Assembly: GCF_036321535.1 (NCBI RefSeq)
Contig: NC_087437.1
Coordinates: forward strand, 74,650,001 to 74,714,000
Source: Camelus dromedarius
Lineage: Eukaryota
Direction: 5' to 3'
DNA: 64,000 nucleotides
The notes beneath the pieces are model-generated. The model ran no database searches, had not been told where the DNA came from, and worked only from the letters and a program-made list of their open reading frames with translations. A program made the translations under genes and the position numbers. Shown here piece after piece: positions 27,347-40,000 of the stretch (positions within the stretch are counted from its first letter, which is position 1; each line of letters begins with the position of its first letter).

Positions 27347-30159
27347 CAATGGTAACACCTAGTTTTATTTATCATGAAAATTTTAATTACCTTGGGAAGA
27401 AATTTATTGTTTACTTTTTGTTTGAATTATTTTTTTCTGAGTGATTAACATTTGAAAAATGTTCTTTTCCTATCTAAAGATTTAGAGGCTCTCTTATGTT
27501 TAACTTCTCCTACATCCAGAATCAAAAATGCATGCACCTATAGACAGGTACTATATGAACATTTTAAAGCCACCGAAAAATACAAGATCAAAAACTCACA
27601 AAAGTGTGTAAAGAGGATCAGTATTTCTGGACATTTCTAGACCTACCATCGATATGCACAACACTTACAGTAGTACAATTCAGGGCTCTATTAGGCATAA
27701 TTTCCATTTATACCACTGAGCACATCCTGTAAACCTTTTGCTTCAGCCGAGTGAACAGGCTAGTTTTCTGATGCATTTTTGAAGTGTTTGTTAGCACCAT
27801 GATTAAATTGATTCTGGGGAGCAAAAAATGTTTTATCGCCATCTGCATGCATCTATGTATTTTTCCACTGCAACTTTAGAACAGCTCAGAAAGATGTACA
27901 TTCATCATTTATCATCATGTTTTCCTCCTATGATAGCAAATGCTTCAAAGCCACAAAGGCAGGTGGTCTGTCAATGCTTTTGCACCTCGGGGTTGATGTC
28001 AGAGGGGAGGAAAAAAGAGAGAGAAACCTGTGTTCAAAATCAATACACATTGAATTCTAGAGACGGTTTAACTCAGTATCATATTTGAGAAGGGAAACAC
28101 TCAGGAATACGGAAATTGCACAGTTGTAATTTTCAACCATAACACAGCATCAGCTACAATTTGCCTTCCTTTGAGATACGCAGATGAAAGGCAGGCTTGT
28201 TTGAATGCAAATTGTTATTACCGATCTTCTCTTGGAGGTTGAAGTTATTTAGTAATCATTCTCATTTAAGTTACTCTTACTGTTCTACGCATGGTTATGC
28301 TTTTAGCTCAGGAGGAAAGCAATTCTTATAAAAGCCACCCTATTACAGAGCTGGGTAACATTTAAAGTCAAAGAAAGTGAATTATATTTAACAGCAGTTA
28401 AGGCTTCCTAGCAAAAAAGCACACATGCCACAGAATTAAATTAAGGCTGCTTTTTCATAAAGTCTCACCCCTAAATTCCTTGGGATGGTCATCCATGTAA
28501 AAAAGCCCCATGTATTCCTGCTTTCTATTCTCTGTGTCATTGGGACACTAGAGCTGAAGGACTCCAAGGAATGCCATTCAGGTCGCACCTGTGTCCCCTG
28601 GACGAGGACAGGGTGGCCTTCTATAGCAGGTGCGCGGTGGAGGGCGGTTTGGAAGGGGGTGCTGAGTGAGGACAGGAACATGAGTAAGGAGGCTGTTACA
28701 GTGGTGCAGGCAGAGCAATGAAATCCTGAGCACAACAGCAGCTGTGAGGATGGAGGTGAGGAGTCAGGGCTGCGAAACGCCATGGAGGTGGGCTGAATAG
28801 GATTTGGTGGGGAGTGAGGAGGAGGAGGAAGTAGGGATTCTGCCCACACCCTGGGAACTGAACGGTCTGTCACCACATCTTGTCCACGTCTTTGTGTTCT
28901 CCTTCCTTCACCTGGAAGTGAGTCATGGTTTCTAAGCGAGTGTGTGTGATCAGAAAGACTAGTAAAGAGCCGGGTATCTCCCTGTTTTCAGTTGAAATCA
29001 CTTCATTAAGGCCTGCCAGCTCACAGCTGCCTCTCTTGCCCAGCAACACACCAGCAAATGACTTGAAAACTCAGCACTAATCAATCTATAGGCACTATGG
29101 CTTGGCTTGGTGAAGAACAACTTGAGAAACATCAATATCCTCCATGGCAGTGATGAATCTCCTGGAGTGTGGATGGACATAATTTATTTTGTCTTCAAAA
29201 AGCATTTGAAGATGTCCCCAGTAACATATGTGAAATAAATCATGAACACAGAGCTGCCATGGTAAGTGTACAGGTTGCGGCCTCCCTGCAGAAGCTCCAG
29301 AGAAAGGCCATGAGTTGAGGCTGGAATAAAGCTCAGGGGTCTCTTGCCAAGCCCTGTGGCCTCCCTCAGAGCTGCATTAGCCTGGACAAGGTGGCAGCTT
29401 TTTTCTAGTTGGTCCACTTGAGTAGATGCTTTTTTGCAATTTGTCAGCCCCAAAATGTTATCAGTTGCAGATGTATACTAAATTTTATACGTGCTGGTAA
29501 TGGCACTAGGACACACAATTATTTTGGCACTTTGCACATACAGCAAGATCAGAAGCTGGAAACCTATCAATCAAGTAATGATTCTCCTAGAGCAGTTATT
29601 AGGGAGGAGGGAGGGGAAGCCGAGAAGGGGAAGCAAAAGAAGAACTATGTTAGGTGAGATTGTTAAGGGAAGCTATTGTTTTATGCAAACATTTTAGTAT
29701 TTATGTATAATCACTGGGGTAGAACTATAGGGCCTGAAGCTTGTAAACTTTAGAGTTCCCTCTTTAAGAAAAATAATATAAAATTATGAATGCAAAATTA
29801 TGCTAGAGCTCTCACAGGAACTTAGAATGGGCCAGTGCAAGTCAAGTACCTGAAGCTTCACCTTCAAAAGCTTCATGGTAAATCTTTCCTGATTAGCATG
29901 CCCTGTTCTTTAAAGCAGATGCCAAAGGAAACTAGGCATGTAATTCATGCCACTATGTTTGCTCACATTTTGGGAACTTCTGCTGTGAGGGAATGAGGAC
30001 CCCAAACCACCTGTGTGTCACTAGTGCCTAACACACGAAAGGAGGAAGGGAGGAAGGGAAGAGGAGAGAAAGGAAGAAGGAAGTTTATACAGAAATAGGA
30101 TTTTTTTTTCTTCTTCTTAAAATCAGCTCTACCAGGTACCACCAACTGTTTCCTTTTGT

Positions 30160-30261
30160 TTTTTTTTTTTTCCATTTCTGTTTTTAAATGGAGAGACTAG
30201 GGATTGAACACAGAACCTTGTGCATGCTAAGCACACACTCTACCACTGAGCTATGCCCTCC
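30160..30261 (-). mobile_element. tRNA-derived SINE (Vic-1-like)
   Basis: Same consensus. Confidence 0.85.
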
Positions 30262-30865
30262 TTGCAACTTTTCCCTTTTTTAACCAAAGTTATTAACAAA
30301 CTTGATGGCCTGCTCTACTCTCTAGATTTACTTTTAAATGACTAACCTGTTTCTTAAAATTGTCCCATAGAGAAATATGGGAAACCCCATAATTTTCCAC
30401 TATAAGAGATACTATTTAAAAGGTAGATTGTCATAAATGAGATGCGTCAAGTTCTAGCGTACTTGTTAAAGTCGCAGTCCCTTGGATATAGGGAAAGAGG
30501 TGTTTTCATACATTTTTAAACTGGTAAAATAATTCTGGGTATGAATTGAATTATAAATTTCAAATAAACCTAACTTTAGACACAGCACTTCTAGGAATAT
30601 ATAGTGCAGAGATTCAGACAAGTTCTCCAGCCAGCCTCCACAGTCACACCTCCCACAAAATCTCTCCATCCTACCAAATACGAAATGGTGGTTATGTATG
30701 ATACAACCCTGTTTTGTCTTCTGCAAATGCAGATTAATGGCTTTTTAAGATTCATTGCCTCCAGGTAAACAACTATAGGCCTCATTAACTCAGCTCATTT
30801 TATTTCATCAAAACTTTTTGGGGAAGAGATAATACACACAAAAACAAAGAAAAAACAAAAAGCTT

Positions 30866-30977
30866 GGGGGTGAGTATAGCTCAGTGGTAGAACACATGCT
30901 TGGCATGCACGAGGTTCTGGGTTCAATCCCCAGTGCCTCCATTTTTTTTTTTTTTAATTTAAAATTAAAAAAAAAAA
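30866..30977 (+). mobile_element. tRNA-derived SINE (Vic-1-like)
   Basis: gtatagctcagtggtagaacacatgcttggcatgcacgaggttctgggttcaatcccc. Confidence 0.88.
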
Positions 30978-32522
30978 TCAAGGACCACTCCACCTCCCCC
31001 AATCAAAAAAGCTGGCAGAACTACTCCATGTCTCTCAAATCTTTCTTCCTCTCCAACACGCTAATAATAGAAATATCCCTATCTAACCTGTGCCTGACAC
31101 CATCTATTGAGCCCACCCCAATCCCTCACAACTCTTTGAGGAAAGGCTATCATTTTCATCACTCCCATTTTACATGTGAAGAAAGGAAGAGACCTAGAGG
31201 TGTTAGATGACTTGGTCAAGGTCACACAGCTAGAAGAAGAGAATGAGGTTCAAATGCAATCTTGCTTTTAAGTCTGTGCTCGACCACAACTCTACATCAC
31301 TGCTCCAGTCACAAGTTATCACAGACCTAAAACTGCTTCAGTAGCCTCCTAACTCAGCTTCCAGTGTCTGCTGATTCATCTCCACTTCTTTCTCCTCTGC
31401 AGTTGAGAGCTCTTTAAAAAATTCTCATCAGAATCCGCCTACCCCCACTGCCATCTTGAATTTTCAATAGCTTTCCATTGCCCTTAGCCTACAGATTAAA
31501 AGGCCAAACTCTCCAAACTCAGTTTACATTTTCCTCCTCCCGCTCAGAACTGAGCTGGGCTGATCCCTCCCCGCCTCTATTCAGTTAGGTCAGCTCACCT
31601 GGTCCTACAGATCTGCTACTTTCTGGACTTGCTTGATGAAGCCTAAACTCCGGTTGCAGGCTGCCAAATGTAGGGAGTTTTTCTCCTTTTCAACTGTCAT
31701 AATCAAATAGTTTATGTTTGTTTGGATAATACATATAAATAAACATAAAAATTTTTAAATCATGTAAAAGAACATGTACTTATTTTATTAGTTACTGATA
31801 TTTTTTGCTTAATGTCTGTCCTCCCTAGCAACTGTAAGCCTATGAGGGCAAAGTCCTTATTTGCTTTTACGTATCAGTTATCTCCCATGCCATGCACATA
31901 GTGGACACTCAATACATTTTTGTTCAATAAATGAGTGAGAGATCCAATTATGAATATTTTTGAATTTGAGCTACACATAGAACTTTAGGTATTGACATTT
32001 TAATACTATTTTAAAAATATTTTTTAAAAGCAATAGTTTTTCTTTTGACTACTAAGTATTTGTACGAAATTTTACACAAATTTATTTGCATTAATTATTT
32101 CACTAAAAAACACAATAAACTTACAGTTATTTCTATTTTACATTTGAGAAATTAAAAAAAAAACACAAATAAATCATTCTTTGCCTAAGATTGCGTATAA
32201 ATTACCACAACTCTAATAAGCCTGATAAAAAGATATTTGGTTTTTGCTTCATTCAAGAACTCATAGTATTATTTTCAATTATGATCAAATATTTTAACTT
32301 ATATTGTACTTACTAATCCTCTTTATAGGACATAAGTTAACCCATCTTTTTCTGGAATGGTTAGTGCAATTCTTTTAGAATTGTGTTCCCTTAAATGGTG
32401 GTGGGCCTAAGAATTCCTAAATTATAATCTCAATGCACAATTATTATGAATAAATTATTATTAACACACAATTATAGATTGTACCTTGCCCAGGATTAGA
32501 TGCCTTTTTTTTTCCTTTAACC

Positions 32523-32638
32523 TTTTTCTAGGGGTATGAGGTAACTAGGTTTCTATTTGTTTATTTTTAATGGAGGTACTGGGGATTGAACCTTGTGCAT
32601 GCGAGGCACACACTCTACCACTGAGCTATACCCTGCCC
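32523..32638 (-). mobile_element. tRNA-derived SINE (Vic-1-like)
   Basis: Same consensus. Confidence 0.85.
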
Positions 32639-33920
32639 GTCAGATAGGCTTTAATTTAGAACTCAGTGATGTGAACTTCAGTTTCACTAGGAAAAGAAAC
32701 ATCCTTCAATCAAGCACTTTATGTATAAACTTTAACTAGTAAGTGTTTACCAGTTGTCGTCTATGAGCCTGGTTAAAGAATTGATCAGTCAAATTCCCGC
32801 TACAATCTCCTGAAGGATCTGGATTCTAAATACCAGCTCTCCTCTTTTGGTGCTATGGGGCTTTGCTCAGTCCACTGCTATACTTCCTTCCATACTCCTG
32901 GGTCCCATTCATTTACTTCCTATGTTCACATACATCCTGTGAACAGATTATCACCTGCCTTTTGGGTAAGGATCATCTCTTCTTCATCATTTTAGCTAAG
33001 TAACACAAAATAGACCTTCTGATTTGACAATAGAAGGTTTGAAACCCATAGACCCAGGTCCTTTCTTTCCTTGCAGAGTTACAAGGATCGAACCCACAAC
33101 CTTATACATTCAAGGAACATGCTCTACAGCTTGAGCCACACTTCCTCATTGCCAGTATTAATGCAGGAAATCACTACACTTCACATCTCTGATCCCAACA
33201 ACTTGGCAGGGAGGAGTGATCTGAGAAGGCATTTTTCAAACTATTTTTTAAGAAAAGAATCTTGACCTTGTTTAGTTAGGGGCTGGAGAGGCAGGATCAG
33301 GCGGACCTAAACTTGATTTCTGGTTTTCACCTGCTGTGCCATTGAGCAAGTTACCAACACAATTTTATACATAGCTTTGTCGTCTATGAAACAAAGAACG
33401 GTAAAATAATGGCTGTGAACTTTTAAACCCAGAATTTAGTACGAAATAGATACTCAGTGGACTTTTAAAACTATTATGTTTAGTTGCCGGCAGATGGGAA
33501 GTTGCCAGTTATTAGTACAGATGGAAAACTGAAGTTTTAATTGGTTGAGTAACTTGCTTGAGAAATGAAATGTGTATGTTACATGAAAACGGTTTTACTT
33601 TCTTCAAGCCACAGGTCTGGCCCAGAATTCTGTGGTTTCCTCAAGTTCCATCATTAAATCCCTTCACACATCCTATTGAGAAGGCTCTAGTAACTTTCCT
33701 TTGACTCTAATTTTTCTGAAGGAGTATTCAACTTCACAGTGTCTCCGGAACCACATCATCAGTAATTATGCTTAAAAAAAAACTCATAGAAAAGGGCCAG
33801 GAATGTTACTATGTACTCATTCATGCAAGAGTCACCTCATGAGTAAGTACAGAAGCTTAGCATTCACAAGTTGCCGGGGAGGGACAGGAGGGGAGGAGCT
33901 AAAGGAAAGTGCCTGAGAGT

Positions 33921-33950
33921 GGCGGAAGTAGGAGGAGCCTTTTAAAAGAG
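33921..33950 (+). promoter_or_regulatory. DPPA4 core promoter: ETS-like CGGAAGT plus TATA-like TTTAAAAG
   Basis: ~80-100 nt upstream of the ATG; similar block in front of DPPA2. Confidence 0.6.
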
Positions 33951-34023
33951 CAATCTTGGGCCAGGGGTCATTTCGGGAGTAAGGAGAATCTTCGTTTTAT
34001 CAACCTTGACTTCTTTTCTGAGT

Positions 34024-34047
34024 ATGGAGAGCACAGACGACAAGGAG
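34024..34047 (+). CDS. DPPA4: DPPA4 coding exon 1 (MESTDDKE)
   Basis: AGTATGG Kozak context, donor GAG|gtaaat; resembles human MEKAKGKE. Confidence 0.85.
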
Positions 34048-37000
34048 GTAAATACAATTTGAATGGGTTTATTTTTGTCTGTCTTTGTGAGTCTTCTTTT
34101 CTCTCTCCGTGGAGCACACTTAATCCCTCTTGTGGAGAAGAGAATGTCTTAGAATTTCCTTCTCTTTACTTGTTAAAAAGAAAAAAGAAAGAAAAGAAAC
34201 ATAAAGTCCTGGATATGATTGCTCCCTGGTACCTTGGACGTGATTCTTTAATTTACCTTCTAAAGACACAGGATTCAGCTTTTCCCCAGGGCCGTTAGGG
34301 CCGAGGAATAATCAGAAACCAGATATATTGACGAGCACTGCAGACAGCATTGAAGTTGGAGAGGCTGTGGGGCTTGTTCAGAAAAACTGAACTACTCTGC
34401 TGGGGAACCCAGGGGGAAGCCTGGGCGCTCCCTGGGTTCCTTTCTTAGAACTGGGTCGTTTTTGCCTTCCCAGTTTTAATTGATTTTTGTGAGGCCGCAA
34501 AGTGAGTACTCTGCATAAGGGTTATGCAAATGTAAGATCTGAATATGAATGTAAACCTGCTATAGAGATGTAAAAATGCCATACAAATGTTAATTTGTCC
34601 CATACTCCCATCTTGGAGGTGATAGGATTTAGATTTGGTAGCAAATCTGGAGTTTAGTTTCTATCTTAAACCTACCTGTGTGCTCTTCCTTACATAACCT
34701 TCCTTACTGAACCTCAGCTTCTGCATCGGAAAAACGAAGTAATAAATTGTCACCAGGTTGCTGTGAGGGTTAAAGGAAAGAAAAAAGAGTGTGTCAAACA
34801 AGACCTGATGGAAGACAGAGACTCAAAAAATGTTAGTTTCTTGATATCAAAGAACCGCACTGTTCTTCTCTTGTTTCTTTGGATTTAATTAACCAATATT
34901 TATAGAGTATCTACAATGAAACGGAAAGGAATTCTACCCTTGTGGAGTTTATAATTGGAGTAACAGGCATTGATCAAATCACACAATCAAATGTAAAACT
35001 GCAACTAAATGGCAGGAATGAAGCAGCACATAGTAGATCTGTATTGGTCTATAAAGATGAACTCACACTTGTGAGATTCTGAAAAGAGGAGTAAGGTCTA
35101 AGACTATAAATGTAAGGGAGGGTAGAGTGTGTGGAGCTGAGTGATATCCCTTCAGGCAAAGTAACTAGGTTGGAAAGGAAGGGAGTTTTGTGGCTGGACC
35201 TTGGGGCAATAGTGTGGGAAAGTTTTATCCAGAGGAGGTCGAGGAGGGTAAGAGGAAAGGGGAAAAAACCCTTCCAGGAGAGGGCTAATGGACGTAATGG
35301 GCGATGTATGTACGGGCTTTCTTCAAAGCAGAAGCTAGTTTCTTCTACTTCTTTTGTATATATATGTGTGTGTAAGACTGTATAGAGAGAGAGAGACTCT
35401 TTTTTCATACTTTCAAATTGGCCGTCCACTTCCCCATCACTGCTTACCTATGTTATAAATAGACTTGAGTATTAAGATGATATCCAGAAAAGAATCCACG
35501 TTGCCAGCGGAGTTCAGTGACCCTCTTGGAACCTTAGATGTGAAATGTCTTAAGCTAGGTAGTGTATGTGGTGGGTGGGACACCAGAGGAATGACTGACC
35601 AGTCCCTCTATCCCCAGGGGAACTCCACAAAGGAGTCAGAGGAAGAATATATGAGCAGCAAATTCAAATCTACATCAGTAGAAGCGGAAGACGAACAGAG
35701 GGCTTCTGGTGAACCAAAGATACCAAAAAACTCAGCGAAGGGGACCAAAAGAAAAAGATCTGGGGAAAATGACGAAGGTAAGAGATCCATAAGTCCTCAA
35801 ATTCTATTTCCTTGGGTCTAAGAAGACTGAGGGATTTTTCTGAAAAAGTAGAAAAAATATGGGAGAAATCTCCTTCCTGTATTCTGCAAATCCTACACTT
35901 CTTTGAAGCCTAGCTTAAATCTTACCTCCTGGTTCTGATCATTATTTTGCCTTCTCTAGCTGCAGGGAGTTAAGGATCTCAATGTGCAATGATCTGGGGA
36001 CAGACAGCTATAAATCTGAAATCTCATCCTTGAAATTCCACTTCTTGTTCTAAAAGCTGAGGATAATAGCTACCGTGCTGAGTTGGGTTGAGGTCAGGGT
36101 GGATGGTCAGTTGTAATTTACACAGAATAATTAGGTAAACCACCTATACTCTATCTGACAGTAACGTGCACTCAGTAGACCGAGCAACTATTAGTGCCAT
36201 TGTAGTTGTGTCTGTTGTGTGCTCCACAAGTCTTTCCTGAGTGGTGAGAGTGTGTGTGAGGAGCAGCAGAAGGAGGCCTGCCTGTAGTGAGACCGGAGTT
36301 CGCTCTGATGGGGGTGGGTTGCCAGAATTATGGGTATTAGTGATTGTGTAGCATTGCTGGATGGTTTATTTTGTTTTGTGGTGAGAGGGCAAGGCATCGC
36401 TGAGTATTTATGATCTCAGGTCTAAAGCTTCTATCATTCCCTGCATTGGAAGTGCAATCTCTAGGTCAACCTCCTTGGAGAAGTGGTTTAAATTTTTTTT
36501 TTTTTTTTTGAAGGAGGTAGGTAATTAGTTTTATTTTTTAACAGAGGTACTGAGGATTGAACCTCGTGCGTGCTAATCACTCACTCTACCACTGATCTAT
36601 ACCCTCCCTTCCTCAGTCTGTGGTTTAAAACTCTCACAAAAGAGGAAGTGAGTGTGAGTAGTGGGGAGTTTTAGAAAGTAAAAGTTGAGGAATTCAGAAA
36701 TATTGCCAGTCATAGGTTTGAGGTTCTGTCCCTTGGAGTTTCCGTGGTTTTTGGCAAGTCATTTAACTGTACAGTGGGGAGTAGACTAAGTGAACTAAAA
36801 GTGATTGAAATTTTGACATTTTAAAAGGCTACACAAAAGTTAATTATTGCTGATTTTATCCCATTCTCCTTCAGTTTGCTGTCCACAAAAGATGCCACAA
36901 TGTAGTGACAGCGTAAGATCTCAGAAGAGGATACCAATTCCTCCATTACCTTCTAAACTGCCGCCAGTCAACCTGATTCACCGAGATGTTTTGCGGGCTT

Positions 37001-40000
37001 GGTGCCAGCAATTGAAACTGAGCACCAAGGGTCAGGTGAGAGTCCTGAGCGGGAGACGATGCTCTTGGGAGGAAGAGTACGAACCTAACTTTGATTGTTA
37101 ACTCATTTTTCTCTTGTCTTAGAAATTAGAGGGATATAAACGACTCTGCGAGTATGCTTACCCTCATCAAAAGGTGAGTAATTTATAGGGAATTTGGCAG
37201 GATGGGAGGTTTCATTCTCAATCCTAATTACCTAAAATAGCATCAAAAAGTGAGTAAGGAGTTGTCTTACCCCGTCCCCCCTTCACTCCTTCTAACAAGG
37301 GACAGCATCCCCCATCCTCAGTCTTCGCCAGCTCTGTGCACAGAGTAATCAAAGAGGCTGCACTTCTGATAGCACTTGAATCTTTCAAACTCTCTTTGCA
37401 GGACATTCCTGCCACAGCAAAGGAGGCCAGGATCCTATCGGCATCACGAAGGAAAGCAAAGATGGCCCAGTGGGAACTGCTACTGGGAAGTTCTGATAAA
37501 AAGATGTCCTCTGATAGAACTGATTCTCCTAAAGTGGCTGCTTCCTCTGAGGAGGGGGCACCTGCCCTTGAAGGGCCTCCCGCTCTCCAAGAAGGAGATG
37601 ATATAACTTTATCAACTTCTGACCCAGAAGCTCTGTTTGCCTCCTGGAGCAGAACTGCAGCGGGGGCTGGGAAGGTGGAGTCAGTGGAGTCACAAGAGGC
37701 CTATGGTAAGCTCAATATTAAGAACTGGTTCTGTGATTCATCGGTTGTGCCAAATATGCCACACTGATGAGGTATGTTGAGGGTAGGGGAGTATATATGT
37801 GTGGGTGTGGAGGGCTACGTGTGAACTCTCTGTATTTTCTGCTCAATTCTGTTGTGAACCTGAAACTGCTCTAAAAGGATAAAAAAAAAAGAAGAAGAAC
37901 TGGTTCTGGTTCCGATGGAAAATAAGTTTAATCGATATTAACCTCTGATTAATTTCTAGGTATTATCCACATCATGTGAAAGCCTGGGGATTCCCGGGCT
38001 CCACCCACGTGTTTTTCTGATTCAGGTCTGGGTAGGGCCTGGGGACTAGCATTTCTAAAAAATTTCCCAGGCACTGCAGACGATGCTAATCTGGGGGCCA
38101 CACTTTGAGAACCGCTGCTCTAGATTACTGAGGTCCTCAGAAGGGGGTCACAATCTGGCTTGATCCTTTCTCCTTCTTTGAGGAATTAAAAGAAAACGCA
38201 GGCTCTGAAATCAACTGCCTGAGCTACAGCCCTGAATCCTCTAGCATCTGTTAAATAAGTGATCTTAATAGTTATTTAATCTAGTTCCCAGTTTCCTCAC
38301 AGTAGAGTGGGTTAATTATAATCCCTACCTCATAATGTTATTGTAAGAGTCACAGGGGACAAAATTAAGGAAGACCATAACCTGGCCAGCACATTATAGT
38401 GCCTGCTAAGAGCTGAGACCCCTGATCTTATGAAGGCCTTCCCAGACCACTCTGGTTTAGTCTTTCTATTGAAGGAAACCAGAATGTCACCCCGAAAATA
38501 TGCCACTTTGTTACAAAAATTATTTTGAGCTGAAGGCAATTAAAAAGCAGCCAACCCAGAAGAAGCTCCCCCTTTTCTTCCCCAAAGCAGGGTATCTGTT
38601 CTTTTGTTGGAGACAGACTTATCCACTGCGTTGGCACCAGAGCAACCTGCAAACAAGCCCTATCCAGTGGATCCATCCATGGTTTCCTCCCATGTATTTA
38701 TATTTCCCTTCCCACTGTTTGCCACCCTTGGAAGCCTAAAACTGCTTTCCTTTGTTCTGTCATTTCTTTACAAATGTATGAAGTTCTTTGTCGAAGGTGG
38801 AATTCTAAGCCGCCATTTTGAGTTGTTTTTGTGTTTTCTCCTGCATGATGTGTGCTGCAGGAACTGATAAACTGGTTTTGTCTTGTTAATCTTTTTCTTA
38901 AGAGACCCAGGTGAAAACCTGTGGTGGGCAGAGGTGAAGTTTTGCCTCCCCTACACTGTCTTCTGTTTACCCACCTGCTGCTATACTATTTCTAAATGTA
39001 TTTTTGTTTCTTTTTAAAGATTTAACAGGAACTGTTTTTGCCTTGTTTTCTAAAGAAGAACAGGGTAGAATAGGTCAAGTTAGGTTTCCAGCGTTCATAT
39101 CTGAGAGCTGGCAGTAGAGTCAAAGGTCATGGTGCAATCTCAAACATTAGAATTTGGCCTTGCTGTGTTCATACTTATCTGTCTTCTCCTCCCCAGGGGT
39201 CAGGTGGTGCGTGGTCCATGGGAGAAGTCTCCCTGCTAACACCGAGGGCTGGGTTCGTTTGCAGTTTCATGCTGGACAGCCTTGGGTTCCTGAAAAACGA
39301 AGGACAGTGTCTGCACTCTTCCTGCTACCTGCCAGCAACGTCCCACCTCCACACCTGGAGGACAATATGCTGTGCCCCAAATGCGTTCGAAGGTAATGAC
39401 CTGGTACTTGTCTACAAACTACAAGTGGGCACCTGGTTTTATTTATGGGAGAGGGAGGAAATACTTATTAATCTTAATTAGCCCTGTATTTTTAGTACAA
39501 GTTGTCAGTAAAGAGTTTCACAAAAATTACTACCTAAAATAAGTGTATCCCTAGGTAAAAGACCATTTTCATATCAGGGCCTACTGCTTCTATCTGGAAA
39601 CCCATAATTTTGGAGCAGCAACCATTGTGTAATTACTATATTCCAGGTGTATGCACTACACAGAAATAATGGCTAGCAAAAAAAAAAAAAAAAAACCTTC
39701 AGTTAAGCGGCCAACAGCCTAATGACTGGAATGTAAATAGCTGTATTACCAAGTGATAACCGGCATCAAAGAAGAGGTTTCTTAAGAGAACTGACTAGAT
39801 GGAAAGGAGGAGTAAGGTCATTTTTCAGAATAGGGACCAGTGTCAAGGCTGTGAAAGAACTTAGGACAAAGTAGAAATTGTAAGTAGTTCTGTGTGACAG
39901 GATATGCTCGGAAAAAAATCTTGGTTTTCTCACTTATAAAATGGGTAGAATCCTATGTGACAATAACATGAAAATTAAATGTTAGCGTATTTAGAGTTCT

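Noticed and set aside
30866..30941. tRNA-Ala-like sequence (and about 13 similar copies) as tRNA genes
   Set aside because: Diverged copies with A/T-rich tails and TSDs; these are SINEs
131..33265. Remaining short ORFs in the upstream half
   Set aside because: No recognisable domains; many start at non-ATG codons or overlap repeats; consistent with random ORFs in intergenic DNA
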